This document shows, one piece after another, positions 29,252 through 39,641 of a stretch of DNA of 64,000 bases (its first letter is position 1; every line of letters begins with the position of its first letter). This DNA comes from Ostrea edulis (lineage: Eukaryota): assembly GCF_947568905.1 (NCBI RefSeq), contig NC_079171.1, positions 25,358,001-25,422,000 of the forward strand, given 5' to 3'. A program made the translations under genes and the position numbers. The notes beneath the pieces were generated by a model, which was not told where the DNA came from, did no database searches, and saw only the letters and a program-made list of their open reading frames with translations.

Positions 29252-31762
29252 TTGGTTCTAATAAACAAAATAGCCATGGCATCCAAACTTGATAATATAG
29301 GTGAATTATCATCGTATTTCTTGACTGAATTGGGGAAATTATGGGATGCCGATGGTGACGCTAAGCGTTACCCCATCATAAAATCGATCTTAGAGGACCG
29401 ATTTAAGGCCAAGAGATTGTATGAGGACAAGGATTCTGCAACATATGGCAAGATTCTAATAGCTAAGTCCAATGATGGTGTGGGATTTAAGCAATTGCCA
29501 AACAAGAGATTCGTAGAAGCGTTTTTGTTCAAAATTCACAATGAGAAAGAGAAATCGAGTGTGACCAGGGCTGCTATGGACAATATGGATAGATGTGAGG
29601 CGATCATAAATGATCGTAATATGAGCAGTATAGATAGGGGTAAAGCTGTAGGAAACGGTATGACGATACCCGAAATATATCTGTTAGCGTTAAATACGGC
29701 CGATTATCTGTCGTATATAGTATGGATTGAAAAACTAATACAGAAACATGGAGTAAAGCTATTTGAGAATAGACCACACTTGAAATCGAAATGGAGCGAA
29801 CATTTGGTATTTGCCGCCACATTAAAGCTGATCACACTTGGGGGTGAGCCGCTCGCTGTGTCATATTACAAAGCGTATTATGACAAATTTTTGAACTACA
29901 CGACCGATGTAAATAATGAGAACGATGATATCATATCATCAAGCCAAGAAACGGCTAGGCGTGTTAATGAAGATGTACGCAGACGGGCGATTGAATCATC
30001 CGATGGTAGCGAAAACGAATCTGATGATGAGGATGGTGATGAAGATGACGAGGATGACGATAGTGACGATGATGAAGAATCTGTTAGTAAAAGACGTAAG
30101 TCAGAAACTCCCGACAGTGGTAAGGGTCGCACTCGCAAATCACAAACTCCTAAATCACAGACTCCTAAATCACAGACTCCTAAATCACAGACTCCTAAAT
30201 CGCGCACTCCTAAAATGTCCCAAGAGGAGCTTGCGAAGGAAACACGTAAGGTGATATCGCAAACTGCTGTTTCCAACCTCGAAGAGAAATTTTCCGGTAC
30301 AGTAACTCAATCTGCCGACGATGGTGATGATGTCGCTCAGAGAGAATTGCGGAAGACAATAATAGAGCCCGTTATTAATAACACAAGGGTTAAGGATGTG
30401 AAGGACGTGCGAGACATCGATCCGGAAACTCTATTTGGTAACATGCCATTTCCACTTAAGGATCTGTTCGCCATTAACGCTGTGGGTGCTTACATGATGA
30501 AATCTTCAGAGGTGATCTACAACGGTCAGGTGACTCAGTATAAGGGGTGTCCCAAGCACAATGTCATGAATAGGATCAGTGGAGAAAGAGGCGAACACCC
30601 TGCTGTGCAAATGTGTGCCCGCTTGAGGGATCGTATTGTAGCATCTTCCATGATCATGTGCAATCGCATAAACGCTCTTGTAGAACACATATCCTTTCTG
30701 AGCGATCATGACATGAAGGGTTTAGACAAATTGTTTACTAAGACCGCACACAATATTCGCAGGTGTCCCAAACTCCAAAAAAACAAAAAGATGAATGATC
30801 ACACTTGTGACATAGACTGCGAGAACGCTATGATGCTGGCTATAGGATACATCAATGGTTTCGACGGTTCGTACGCCGACGAGGTAGACAATGATGCGAT
30901 CGACTTGCGTCTATCACAAATGGATAAGGTGAATATCATCATGAACAAGAACAAATCGAGAAAAAATCCTAATCAGAAGGAAGCGTACAAATGTTCGTTT
31001 CCGACAACTGGTGGTGCCAGCTCTCAACCTAGCTGTGACACAGATGGTGTTCCGGAGATGAATAGAGCTAATCTGATCGATAATATAGCTTGGCGAGCAT
31101 CGACTTCGCGCACATACGATAATGCTACGTGCACGTTTTTAACGTATTTGCTAATGCATGGAGATTTCACTGTGCACGAGATAAATAAGTTTTCCGGCGT
31201 GTCCATCAGTACACTATCTCATTGGCGTACAGCATATTTGTGGAATAATAAGAAGTTAGATTACTTAGAGCACGTCGATGAACTAAGAGCGAAGATTGAG
31301 CGTAATGTTAAGGATGCTAATGTGCGCACTAAGCTGTTGAGCAGAATAGCTGAGGATGAGAAGAAAAATGCGATACGATATTACGACATTATTGGTAAAC
31401 AGCGGGAGTTGGTGAAGAGTAATAAAAGTTACCAAAAGAAACTACAACAGTTTGTGGATAAGTACGTGATCAGAAACGCCGATGCCGACCCCGATCAGGA
31501 ATACCCTGAGGATAGCGATTATTTCTTCGAATCGACACAACGTCACAGGGAATTGGGTGATGCTAATAAATACAAGATAGTAGAACCTACAAGTTTCGTC
31601 ATCAACACTAAAAAACGGTGTAAACTCGCAAAGCAAGTTGACACTGCCAATCCAAAGAAAAGGGTACCCAATAACAAGGAGAATAGACGAATTGCCGAAA
31701 ATGAAGCTCGCGCAGGAGCCATAGCAAGGGTTGCTAAATTTAAGAAACCTAAGACAACGTAA
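29252..31762 (+). CDS. Large nuclear-type protein: acidic tract, KSQTP repeats, HTH-like motif (likely ATG 29276)
   Basis: D/E tract at about 30010-30080, five 15-bp units at 30137-30211, TVHEINKFSGVSISTLSHWR at about 31169-31228, basic C-terminus. Confidence 0.7.
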   Translation: MVLINKIAMASKLDNIGELSSYFLTELGKLWDADGDAKRYPIIKSILEDRFKAKRLYEDKDSATYGKILIAKSNDGVGFKQLPNKRFVEAFLFKIHNEKEKSSVTRAAMDNMDRCEAIINDRNMSSIDRGKAVGNGMTIPEIYLLALNTADYLSYIVWIEKLIQKHGVKLFENRPHLKSKWSEHLVFAATLKLITLGGEPLAVSYYKAYYDKFLNYTTDVNNENDDIISSSQETARRVNEDVRRRAIESSDGSENESDDEDGDEDDEDDDSDDDEESVSKRRKSETPDSGKGRTRKSQTPKSQTPKSQTPKSQTPKSRTPKMSQEELAKETRKVISQTAVSNLEEKFSGTVTQSADDGDDVAQRELRKTIIEPVINNTRVKDVKDVRDIDPETLFGNMPFPLKDLFAINAVGAYMMKSSEVIYNGQVTQYKGCPKHNVMNRISGERGEHPAVQMCARLRDRIVASSMIMCNRINALVEHISFLSDHDMKGLDKLFTKTAHNIRRCPKLQKNKKMNDHTCDIDCENAMMLAIGYINGFDGSYADEVDNDAIDLRLSQMDKVNIIMNKNKSRKNPNQKEAYKCSFPTTGGASSQPSCDTDGVPEMNRANLIDNIAWRASTSRTYDNATCTFLTYLLMHGDFTVHEINKFSGVSISTLSHWRTAYLWNNKKLDYLEHVDELRAKIERNVKDANVRTKLLSRIAEDEKKNAIRYYDIIGKQRELVKSNKSYQKKLQQFVDKYVIRNADADPDQEYPEDSDYFFESTQRHRELGDANKYKIVEPTSFVINTKKRCKLAKQVDTANPKKRVPNNKENRRIAENEARAGAIARVAKFKKPKTT

Positions 31763-32057
31763 TGATCGAGATCGCGAGAATTTGGCAACATATTGCGTTC
31801 TATGAACATTTTGTGTGATGATATAGTTTTCCTGAAAACACTTCTGAGAATATCTGAGAACATTAATGAGTCAATTTGTGTCCATTTTATACTATATAAG
31901 ACTTGTGTTATATATATATATACGACATTTCACCAATGCTACAGCTTTGTTTGTAATACAGATAATATAACAGCGTTTATATATATCATGTAGATTTTTA
32001 TTAGACCATATAAAAAACAAATAAAATGTATAACAGTTTTTTTTGACATTCTCTATT

Positions 32058-33281
32058 TTAAACTCCCGATTCTTCGTCGGTATCGAGATCTATAAGAACT
32101 CCGGCATCAATTTGTGCAGGAATCCGATTTTTTTGAGTGGGTATACGGTTTAGTGGTGGAGGTTCGGGCGCTTGATTCAGTTCGTCAAATTGATAATGGG
32201 TATCGTCATATCGAGGGGGATCTGTCTGTTTCCGTCCATTTTTAATTCTACGTTTAATGTTTCTAGCTGTAGCTCGCATCCTACCTAATGCAGATCGTTT
32301 TCCTATTGTAGCATATCCACCATTTTCGTCGTCCTCATCAGCATCTTTATCACCGCCAAAGATTCGTTTTTGTTTATCCGTCCCTTCATTCGACTCTTTC
32401 GCGATCTTATCGTCTTCTTCTAATTCTTGTGCGTGGAACTTAAATTCTATAGCCCTGATGATGACACACGTTATTATTGTGGCGATTAATAAAATTGTAG
32501 ACACGACGGCTAATATGATCCCTAGATAGTCATGTCTGGTCGTAGCATCTTTAAATGCGCGATCGATAGCGTCAGCTTCTTTTTCATCAGCGATATATTC
32601 CTGATAACTCTTGTACATTTTATCGTATATCTGCTCCTGTATACAAATGCCTTCTCCAACACTCACAATTTCTAAGAACGAGCTGTCTCTCACGTTGAGT
32701 CTGTTGTTGCTCAATTCGATGTTGGTGCTAGAAAACGTGATGTCGTCTCCATCTAGTACAGATTTAGATTGTACCACAACAACCGTCCAGTCTGCCTTGT
32801 TGGCGACTTCTATGGCGTACATAACGTTTGAGCCACGACTATCAATATCCGTACACTTGTATGCATAACCGTCGAATCTGTAACAATAAAAGTCCAATCC
32901 GTTCGGACTATCCACACATCGATATTCTTGCGATAACATGGGGGCGTACTTGTACACAATAACCATTTTATCATCGACTGTAAGTCTGGAATCCAATCCC
33001 GCCGCCAATATGGCAGTCTCTTCGTGTTCGCTGTGTACCACGAAAGGTTTGAGTCCCTGTCTCATAGGCACTCTGTTGACTAGATATGCGCATCGCATGG
33101 GTATCCTGTTCTTATTTAAAACGCTAACCATAACAAATCCTTTGGCTTGTGGAATGATGTTCGATCTACAATACACCCGCTCTTGTTTTAAGAACACTAC
33201 AGGATTAGTCGCAGGTTCATACTCAGCCAAGCACACATTTGTTAATGCGATAAGGATGATGTGTATTATAATTACGAACAT
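32058..33281 (-). CDS. Type I membrane glycoprotein
   Basis: Signal peptide from the ATG at 33281, Cys-containing ectodomain, TM YLGIILAVVSTILLIATIITCVII, tail with YATI and LIDLD motifs. Confidence 0.8.
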   Translation of the reverse strand: MFVIIIHIILIALTNVCLAEYEPATNPVVFLKQERVYCRSNIIPQAKGFVMVSVLNKNRIPMRCAYLVNRVPMRQGLKPFVVHSEHEETAILAAGLDSRLTVDDKMVIVYKYAPMLSQEYRCVDSPNGLDFYCYRFDGYAYKCTDIDSRGSNVMYAIEVANKADWTVVVVQSKSVLDGDDITFSSTNIELSNNRLNVRDSSFLEIVSVGEGICIQEQIYDKMYKSYQEYIADEKEADAIDRAFKDATTRHDYLGIILAVVSTILLIATIITCVIIRAIEFKFHAQELEEDDKIAKESNEGTDKQKRIFGGDKDADEDDENGGYATIGKRSALGRMRATARNIKRRIKNGRKQTDPPRYDDTHYQFDELNQAPEPPPLNRIPTQKNRIPAQIDAGVLIDLDTDEESGV

Positions 33282-33955
33282 TTTGAATTCGTCAACTGTC
33301 GAAATATAGTTGTAGATTCGTAAATATAACGTTCGTTCGATAATCGATGATTTACACAATCTGGTTCTATTAATAATATTTTTGTCTCAAAAGTACCTGA
33401 GCTATTATTTTTTGAGAACCATAGTTTAGCCGGACATTGTATCAATAACGTTTCCAATATGTCACCGGGATGCACATCCGAATCATCATCTGGCTTTCTT
33501 ATACGTAAGTTAGTTTCAATGCGTACTCTAGCGATAGAATCTTCTATGGATACACGATAGTCGTAGATGTAAGGTCGATTAGTAAATGGTTGAGATAACC
33601 ATCTATATAACTTACAATAGTCCAGCCGATGATTCGCGGTATACTGTTCGCGTTTACCAAGCAATACCCCATACTCCCCTTGTACAACTCTTCCTTTATC
33701 TACACGATTTGTGTATAATATCGGTTCTCGACTTGTCGCTATAGGCTCAGATTCACCATTCGATCCCTTGTTACAAATGGATTGTATGAATTCGGACACG
33801 AAATTTGTACATTTATTCATATATTCCATATCATCGTAACCATACCCATCTATACGACGGAAGGTGTCCGAGCACGATTTCCATAAGTCTTGAGGATATT
33901 TTAGTGTATACGTATGGTTTATGATAGCCATGGGCACGCACGCTGTAATCGTCAC
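33272..33955 (-). CDS. Hypothetical viral protein
   Basis: 227-aa ATG ORF. Confidence 0.6.
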   Translation of the reverse strand: MTITACVPMAIINHTYTLKYPQDLWKSCSDTFRRIDGYGYDDMEYMNKCTNFVSEFIQSICNKGSNGESEPIATSREPILYTNRVDKGRVVQGEYGVLLGKREQYTANHRLDYCKLYRWLSQPFTNRPYIYDYRVSIEDSIARVRIETNLRIRKPDDDSDVHPGDILETLLIQCPAKLWFSKNNSSGTFETKILLIEPDCVNHRLSNERYIYESTTIFRQLTNSKCS

Positions 33956-34328
33956 TAATGATTATAACCAACACAAGTTTAAGGTTAAATCGTTAAAGAT
34001 GAGCTATCCAGATATTAATATAAAAATTGTAGGAGTCGATAGTTCTTCAATAACCTCTAAATTTAACACCGTGGATCATTACATCGACTGTATCCTAACT
34101 GACGATTTGAGTCCGCGAGATAACTTCGAGCCATTAATCGGTTTCGATCTACAATACTACACAGCCTACGTGAAATTCCGTTTACACAATGATGATTATT
34201 TAATTATTAAACCAGATTATGTAAATGTTATAGCCGAAGCATTTCAACCGGAGGGTCGCGATACAGTTTTCCAGAGGAATAGACATTTAACATTTTCTCG
34301 AGTAGAGAGTATAACGTTGGGTAAATAG
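33921..34328 (+). CDS. Hypothetical viral protein
   Basis: 135-aa ATG ORF, head-to-head with 33272-33955. Confidence 0.55.
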   Translation: MIAMGTHAVIVTNDYNQHKFKVKSLKMSYPDINIKIVGVDSSSITSKFNTVDHYIDCILTDDLSPRDNFEPLIGFDLQYYTAYVKFRLHNDDYLIIKPDYVNVIAEAFQPEGRDTVFQRNRHLTFSRVESITLGK

Positions 34329-34335
34329 TGGTAGC

Positions 34336-35250
34336 ATGGATGATTTGTATTATAAAACGCGTATTTACTCATCATGGGTATTCATTATGCAATTCGTAAA
34401 CTTGATATACATCATAGCATGTTTGTGTGCGTATAACACAACACGAAAACGATACACCAAGAAAGTGTTGATAGGGAAAATGACGTTACAACTGATGCCT
34501 ATGGTGGATACGATTTGCGACATGATAACGGGATATAAATTAGACTTGGGTCTAGGAGAGGTTATAACGTTGTGTGTCATAAGTGGTATAATAGCCACAG
34601 CCGGTCTACCATTCGTGATATTCTGGAGGTTTCAATATGTGAGATATGCCAAGCGTATCAACCAAGGGCGATATAGCGAAGATATAGAAATTGTTCACGA
34701 CATGCCCATATCTAAAAGACATTTGGGTTGGAAGACTAGTTTTTTTTATTGGGCGAAACCTTTCCAGCGTAAGAATATTCACAAACTGTTAAATCATAGC
34801 GGAGCCGTCAACTTAGTGTTTGGAATATGGACACACAACTGTATAATATTCATCATGAACGTGTGTCGAGCCACCACTATCGATAGCGATAATGTATCCA
34901 GAGTGTGGGACGTGTCATTCGCATCCATCCTGGGAATTTGCCTATTTTTGGGACTCATCATCCTAGATTTTTTCATGTTTAGATCATGCACCCATCACGC
35001 AATATTCCATCTCATCACCGTGGCAATGTTTGCCATAAGTTTACAGGCTGAAATTAACGGACTATTGGGCTACGACGAAGCTATAACTTTCGTGTTCGTT
35101 ATAGTAACAATTCCGGTCATCTTATTGAAAATTATAATTTCGGCATATTATAGAGACGAAGTTTACAGAGATGTGGTTTCCGAATTACGAGCTCAACTAA
35201 GATCTGCTAACAACGGACGTAGTGTTGAAGAGCATGCTCATAACGATTAG
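34336..35250 (+). CDS. Multi-pass membrane protein
   Basis: 304 aa, about 6-7 hydrophobic segments. Confidence 0.75.
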   Translation: MDDLYYKTRIYSSWVFIMQFVNLIYIIACLCAYNTTRKRYTKKVLIGKMTLQLMPMVDTICDMITGYKLDLGLGEVITLCVISGIIATAGLPFVIFWRFQYVRYAKRINQGRYSEDIEIVHDMPISKRHLGWKTSFFYWAKPFQRKNIHKLLNHSGAVNLVFGIWTHNCIIFIMNVCRATTIDSDNVSRVWDVSFASILGICLFLGLIILDFFMFRSCTHHAIFHLITVAMFAISLQAEINGLLGYDEAITFVFVIVTIPVILLKIIISAYYRDEVYRDVVSELRAQLRSANNGRSVEEHAHND

Positions 35251-35429
35251 CATTTATTACTGAATTGTATACTGTACTTTATCATGTTTTCCTACATTCG
35301 ATAATAATAAAGGAATATAATATCACAGTTATTCAGTACGTTTTTTTATTTGTATACATGTTGTCAATAATAACGATATACACAGACATATAATATTTTT
35401 GTAATAATAACAGGTTTAATCTCTAAGAA

Positions 35430-36473
35430 TCATCTAATGTAACCCGGTTCCGATGGATCCAGTTTACGAATCATGATATTTGGACACTTTCTGGTGAGAA
35501 ATCCATTGATTGATAACTTGCACTTCAGTATGCCGTTGTATCTTGCGGCACAGATGCAAGTTTTAAAAATACAGCGCACAATGCTATTTTCCGGGATTTC
35601 ATCTAGAAAATTTGGTGGTATCACATCAGTATGATCGACTCTAAACTCATCAAATCTATGTCTCGATATAGGATCTTCGAAAAATTTGGTATGTTTTAGT
35701 CTCTCAACAACGTCGAAGAAGAACGGCACCCATTTTTGGAGGTAGTGTGGTTTGAGGTCGATAATCTCCTTGAGTAACGAGAAGTCTGTTCTTGTGATGT
35801 AGCGAATCGCTGATTTGGCAGCTCTCATATGTGGGTGAATCAAATCTTTATCGTAACCAAAACACACACCGGTGGGGTCGATGAATGTCATGAGCTTGGT
35901 ATAACTGTTGACGAAATCCAGGTCGCAATGTTCTGCATAATTTTCACCATCCGGACAGTTTGTGACACCGGTCTTGTTTAGTAGACACATTTTATCCCTA
36001 ACCATGCGCAGGAATTCTAATGCATGGTGTAGATGATCGACATCGAAAGTCATCACGCCTGTCAGGTCGAAAAATTTGTTTCCGGTAGCACCACCATTAT
36101 CGTATCTGCGACATATGCAAAGTCCGTGCAACCAATCCGTGTTTAGTGGTATCGAATTGATCACATTATCCAAGAAGGGTTTTCCATTTACGATCCAGGT
36201 GTCGAGGTCTTTAGATCCACATCCGTACCATACACATTTAGATATTTCGAACTGTATGTGCTGTACATTTTGGGTCTTCATTGGAGTTCTCACACTTCTC
36301 AGATTTGGATACTCCATGGCCATATTCGCAGGATGTGAAATTTTCGCAGCAGCTATCAATTTATCTTCCTCCTCTTTTTCTATATCACGCACATTTTGCT
36401 GAATCGCTGGTCTGCGGCGGCGTATTAGTATATTGACTCTATGGATCGCTCGGTCGTTTAACATTTTACCCAT
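35430..36473 (-). CDS. Hypothetical protein, paralog A
   Basis: 347 aa; aligns end to end with 36844-37890. Confidence 0.8.
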   Translation of the reverse strand: MGKMLNDRAIHRVNILIRRRRPAIQQNVRDIEKEEEDKLIAAAKISHPANMAMEYPNLRSVRTPMKTQNVQHIQFEISKCVWYGCGSKDLDTWIVNGKPFLDNVINSIPLNTDWLHGLCICRRYDNGGATGNKFFDLTGVMTFDVDHLHHALEFLRMVRDKMCLLNKTGVTNCPDGENYAEHCDLDFVNSYTKLMTFIDPTGVCFGYDKDLIHPHMRAAKSAIRYITRTDFSLLKEIIDLKPHYLQKWVPFFFDVVERLKHTKFFEDPISRHRFDEFRVDHTDVIPPNFLDEIPENSIVRCIFKTCICAARYNGILKCKLSINGFLTRKCPNIMIRKLDPSEPGYIR

Positions 36474-36843
36474 GGTCGTTCAGTAGTAGTATCGTATCAG
36501 AATATAAATGTTAAATGCGAGAATCAAAGTTATATATAGTAAATTCTCGATGAATTTATGCAACGTGTTCGTTTTTTTTAAAGCCGTCACATCGATGCGT
36601 CGATACTATTTTCAAAATTATAATTTATAAATTATAAATTGAAGAGCATGCTCACAATGATTACCATCTATCAATGGATTGTATACTATACTTTATCATA
36701 TTTCCCCACATTCGATAATAATAAAGACTATAATATCAAAGTTATTCAGCATTTTTTTTTATTTTGTATACATGTTGTCAATAATAACGATATACACAGA
36801 CATATAATGTTTTTGTAATAATAACAGGTTTAATCTCTAAGAA

Positions 36844-37890
36844 TCATCTAATGTAACCCGGTTCCGATGGATCCAGTTTACGAATCATGATATTTGGACA
36901 CTTTCTGGTGAGCAATCCATTGATTGATAACTTGCACCTCATTATGTCGTCATATCTTGCAGCACAGATGCAAGTTTTAAAAATGCAGCGCACAATGCTA
37001 TTTTCCGGGATTTCATCTAGAAAGTTTGGTGGTATCACCACAGTATGAGAGATTTTAAACTCATCAAATCTATGTCTCGATATAGGATCTTCGAAATTTT
37101 TTGGTTCTTTTAGTCTCCAAACAATGTCGAAGAAGAACGGTGTCCATTTTTGGAGGTAGTGTGGTTTGAGGTCGATAATTTCTTGGAGTAATGAGAAATC
37201 GTTCGGGTTTGCGACGTAGCGAATCGCTGATTTGGCAGCTCTCATATGTGGGTGAATCAAATCTTTATCGTAACCAAAACACACACCAGTAGGGTCGCTG
37301 CTTGTGAGGATCATAAGATTACTTTTGATGAAATCCAGGCTACAAGGATCTGCATAATTTAGGTCATCCGGACATTCTACGGCACAGGCCATGTTTAGCA
37401 TACACAGTTTATCCCTCAGCGTGCGCAGGAATTTTAATGCGTGGGATTGATGATCGGCATCGAAACTCATCACACCTCTCAGGTCGAAAAATTTGTTTCC
37501 GATACCATCACCGTCATCGTATTTGCGACATACGCAAAGTCCGTGTAACCAATCCTTTTTTAGTGGTATCGAGTTGACTACATGATCCAAGAAGAATTTT
37601 CCATCTATGATCCATTTTTCAAATTCTCTAGATCCACATCCCTCCCATATACAATCATATATTCCGAACCGTATGTGATTTACGTTTTGGGTCGCCATGG
37701 GAGTTCTCACACTTCTCAGATTTGGGCAGTGTTGAGCCCTCAGCGCGGGGTGTGGAATTTTCGCAGCAGCTATCAATTTATCTTCTTCCTCTTTTTCTAT
37801 ATCACGCACATTTTGCTGATTTGCTGGTCTACGGCGGCGTATTAGTATATTGACTCTATAGGATTCTCGGTTGTTTACCATTTTACCCAT
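36844..37890 (-). CDS. Hypothetical protein, paralog B
   Basis: 348 aa; same C-terminus (TRKCPNIMIRKLDPSEPGYIR) as paralog A. Confidence 0.8.
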   Translation of the reverse strand: MGKMVNNRESYRVNILIRRRRPANQQNVRDIEKEEEDKLIAAAKIPHPALRAQHCPNLRSVRTPMATQNVNHIRFGIYDCIWEGCGSREFEKWIIDGKFFLDHVVNSIPLKKDWLHGLCVCRKYDDGDGIGNKFFDLRGVMSFDADHQSHALKFLRTLRDKLCMLNMACAVECPDDLNYADPCSLDFIKSNLMILTSSDPTGVCFGYDKDLIHPHMRAAKSAIRYVANPNDFSLLQEIIDLKPHYLQKWTPFFFDIVWRLKEPKNFEDPISRHRFDEFKISHTVVIPPNFLDEIPENSIVRCIFKTCICAARYDDIMRCKLSINGLLTRKCPNIMIRKLDPSEPGYIR

Positions 37891-38026
37891 GATCGTTCAG
37901 TGGTAGTATCGTATCAGAATATGAATGTTTAATGCGAGAATCAAAGTCATATATAGTAAATTCTCGATGAATTTATGCAACGTGTTCGTTTCAAAATTAT
38001 ACACAAATTCATCTTAAATGCATATT

Positions 38027-38710
38027 TCACCATCTGTCGCATGGGCTATCCTCAAACACGACCACATTACGTTGTAAGCATTTGTATTTAAAGTGTGCAA
38101 TCTTGTATAGTTGCGAGTACATGTATTCTATAAAGTTAAATGCTCCCGATATGTATGATCCCACCACTTGATTGGAGAATGTGAGTTTACCATTCATCAT
38201 GAGGTACAGACACACCACTGTAAAGTCGTGAGGTCTTATGTAAGCGTCATCATTTGGCTCCATAGATTTAAGTGTCGCTTCGATGTATTGTGAGCATATT
38301 GGTAGTTGCGACTTTATGTTAGTCATGATGGATTCGTATAACAGTGGTTCGTATTTATCATACACGCGCCTCTTTAGGGTTGTGAATGATGTTATACCAG
38401 TGTACGTGCCAGCAGCGATCACCGATTCTATCTTGGGATCGTATCTACACGGTTCCACATTACATTTCCTCATAAGCACTTTATCCAGATCGGTCTGAGT
38501 TTTGTACGGGTAGCAAGACACAAAATATTTCGCATTGACAATGAATCTCCAAACACGACGTCTGGCAGTCAGAACTATGTTTGGCGCCTTGTTGTCTATT
38601 TTACAAATCTCACCCAATACAATCGATCTGACGATATTGTCTAATAAATCTACATATTTTTCATCATTTATATGGTACATCACGCGTTTCGGATCGTACA
38701 AATACGACAT
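38027..38710 (-). CDS. Hypothetical viral protein
   Basis: 227-aa ATG ORF. Confidence 0.65.
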   Translation of the reverse strand: MSYLYDPKRVMYHINDEKYVDLLDNIVRSIVLGEICKIDNKAPNIVLTARRRVWRFIVNAKYFVSCYPYKTQTDLDKVLMRKCNVEPCRYDPKIESVIAAGTYTGITSFTTLKRRVYDKYEPLLYESIMTNIKSQLPICSQYIEATLKSMEPNDDAYIRPHDFTVVCLYLMMNGKLTFSNQVVGSYISGAFNFIEYMYSQLYKIAHFKYKCLQRNVVVFEDSPCDRW

Positions 38711-39641
38711 GGCTTCGAATGGAATAGATTGCGAATATGATCCTATCGACGGCTCTAATTATCCCGACGATACCGTCGAAGATGAAATTGAAGATGAAAT
38801 TGAAGATGGATCTGATGTCGAGACTGGTGTAGACTACGGATCTGATACAGACGATGTGTACACCGATGATGATACAGCTGATGATGCTGATGATGATGCT
38901 GATGCTGACGTTGACGCTGATGATAATAGTAATATTATCGATTTGTATAATCAAATCACTCCAGTTGCTAAGCGACAACCGATATGCGAGGGATCGATGG
39001 TGGTCGTCTTACACGGTATGCGTATCGAAGACGATGATAGCTATCACAAGAATTTGATATGTTCGTTCGCTAGTAGCTGGTGGCAGAATCAGATAACTGA
39101 TATGAAGGCGAATAAATGTCCTCGAGTTAACGCCATACACTGCTCTATAAAGCATATGATACCCGGCGAATGTGTACAATACTCAGTTAAATCTAAATCG
39201 TCGAACGCGTTCGTTATTCCACACCAGTTCATGGAGAAACGAATAATCCCTTCTCTGTCGGATACGGTATGTTCATTACAGCATAAGATAATACCCCCCT
39301 CCAAATACACGATAATACCGGAAATTCATAAGATGACTAACGATACCGTTTGCGGATTATACCAATATGCATTGTATATCAAATACGGTGTTAAACCCGA
39401 ACATTGGACCAATCTGAATCCGGCTATAGGTCCGGGATCTGATACAAAAAGTAAATTACAGAACGATTGCTGCTGGGCCAATATACTTATTCTATGGGTT
39501 AAATTTAATCAATTCGAACTATTAATGCTCGATCACGATAATTGTACCAATGCTAACAATTCCGCTAGAATTCGTTTAATATACGAGGTGGCCCAAAGAT
39601 GGTTTACCAAAATCGAGCGTGTTGGCGCCCTAAAGATGTAG
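38709..39641 (+). CDS. Hypothetical protein with an Asp/Glu-rich N-terminus
   Basis: Likely ATG at 38709 (MASNG); acidic tract followed by a Cys/His/Trp-containing domain. Confidence 0.65.
   Translation: MASNGIDCEYDPIDGSNYPDDTVEDEIEDEIEDGSDVETGVDYGSDTDDVYTDDDTADDADDDADADVDADDNSNIIDLYNQITPVAKRQPICEGSMVVVLHGMRIEDDDSYHKNLICSFASSWWQNQITDMKANKCPRVNAIHCSIKHMIPGECVQYSVKSKSSNAFVIPHQFMEKRIIPSLSDTVCSLQHKIIPPSKYTIIPEIHKMTNDTVCGLYQYALYIKYGVKPEHWTNLNPAIGPGSDTKSKLQNDCCWANILILWVKFNQFELLMLDHDNCTNANNSARIRLIYEVAQRWFTKIERVGALKM

Larger units (their letters stand above)
35225..37991. repeat. Tandem duplication, period about 1414 bp (35225-36574 and 36639-37991)
   Basis: ttgaagagcatgctca at 35225 and 36639; ORF ends at 35430 and 36844; upstream regions also match. 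Confidence 0.92.

Noticed and set aside
29896-30276. ORFs 29896-30276 and 29916-30254
   Set aside because: Shadows of the acidic and KSQTP repeats in the 836-aa gene.
39390-39500. Ulp1-like protease in 38709-39641 (EHWT...QNDCC)
   Set aside because: His-to-Gln/Cys spacing of about 17 residues is too short for the fold.
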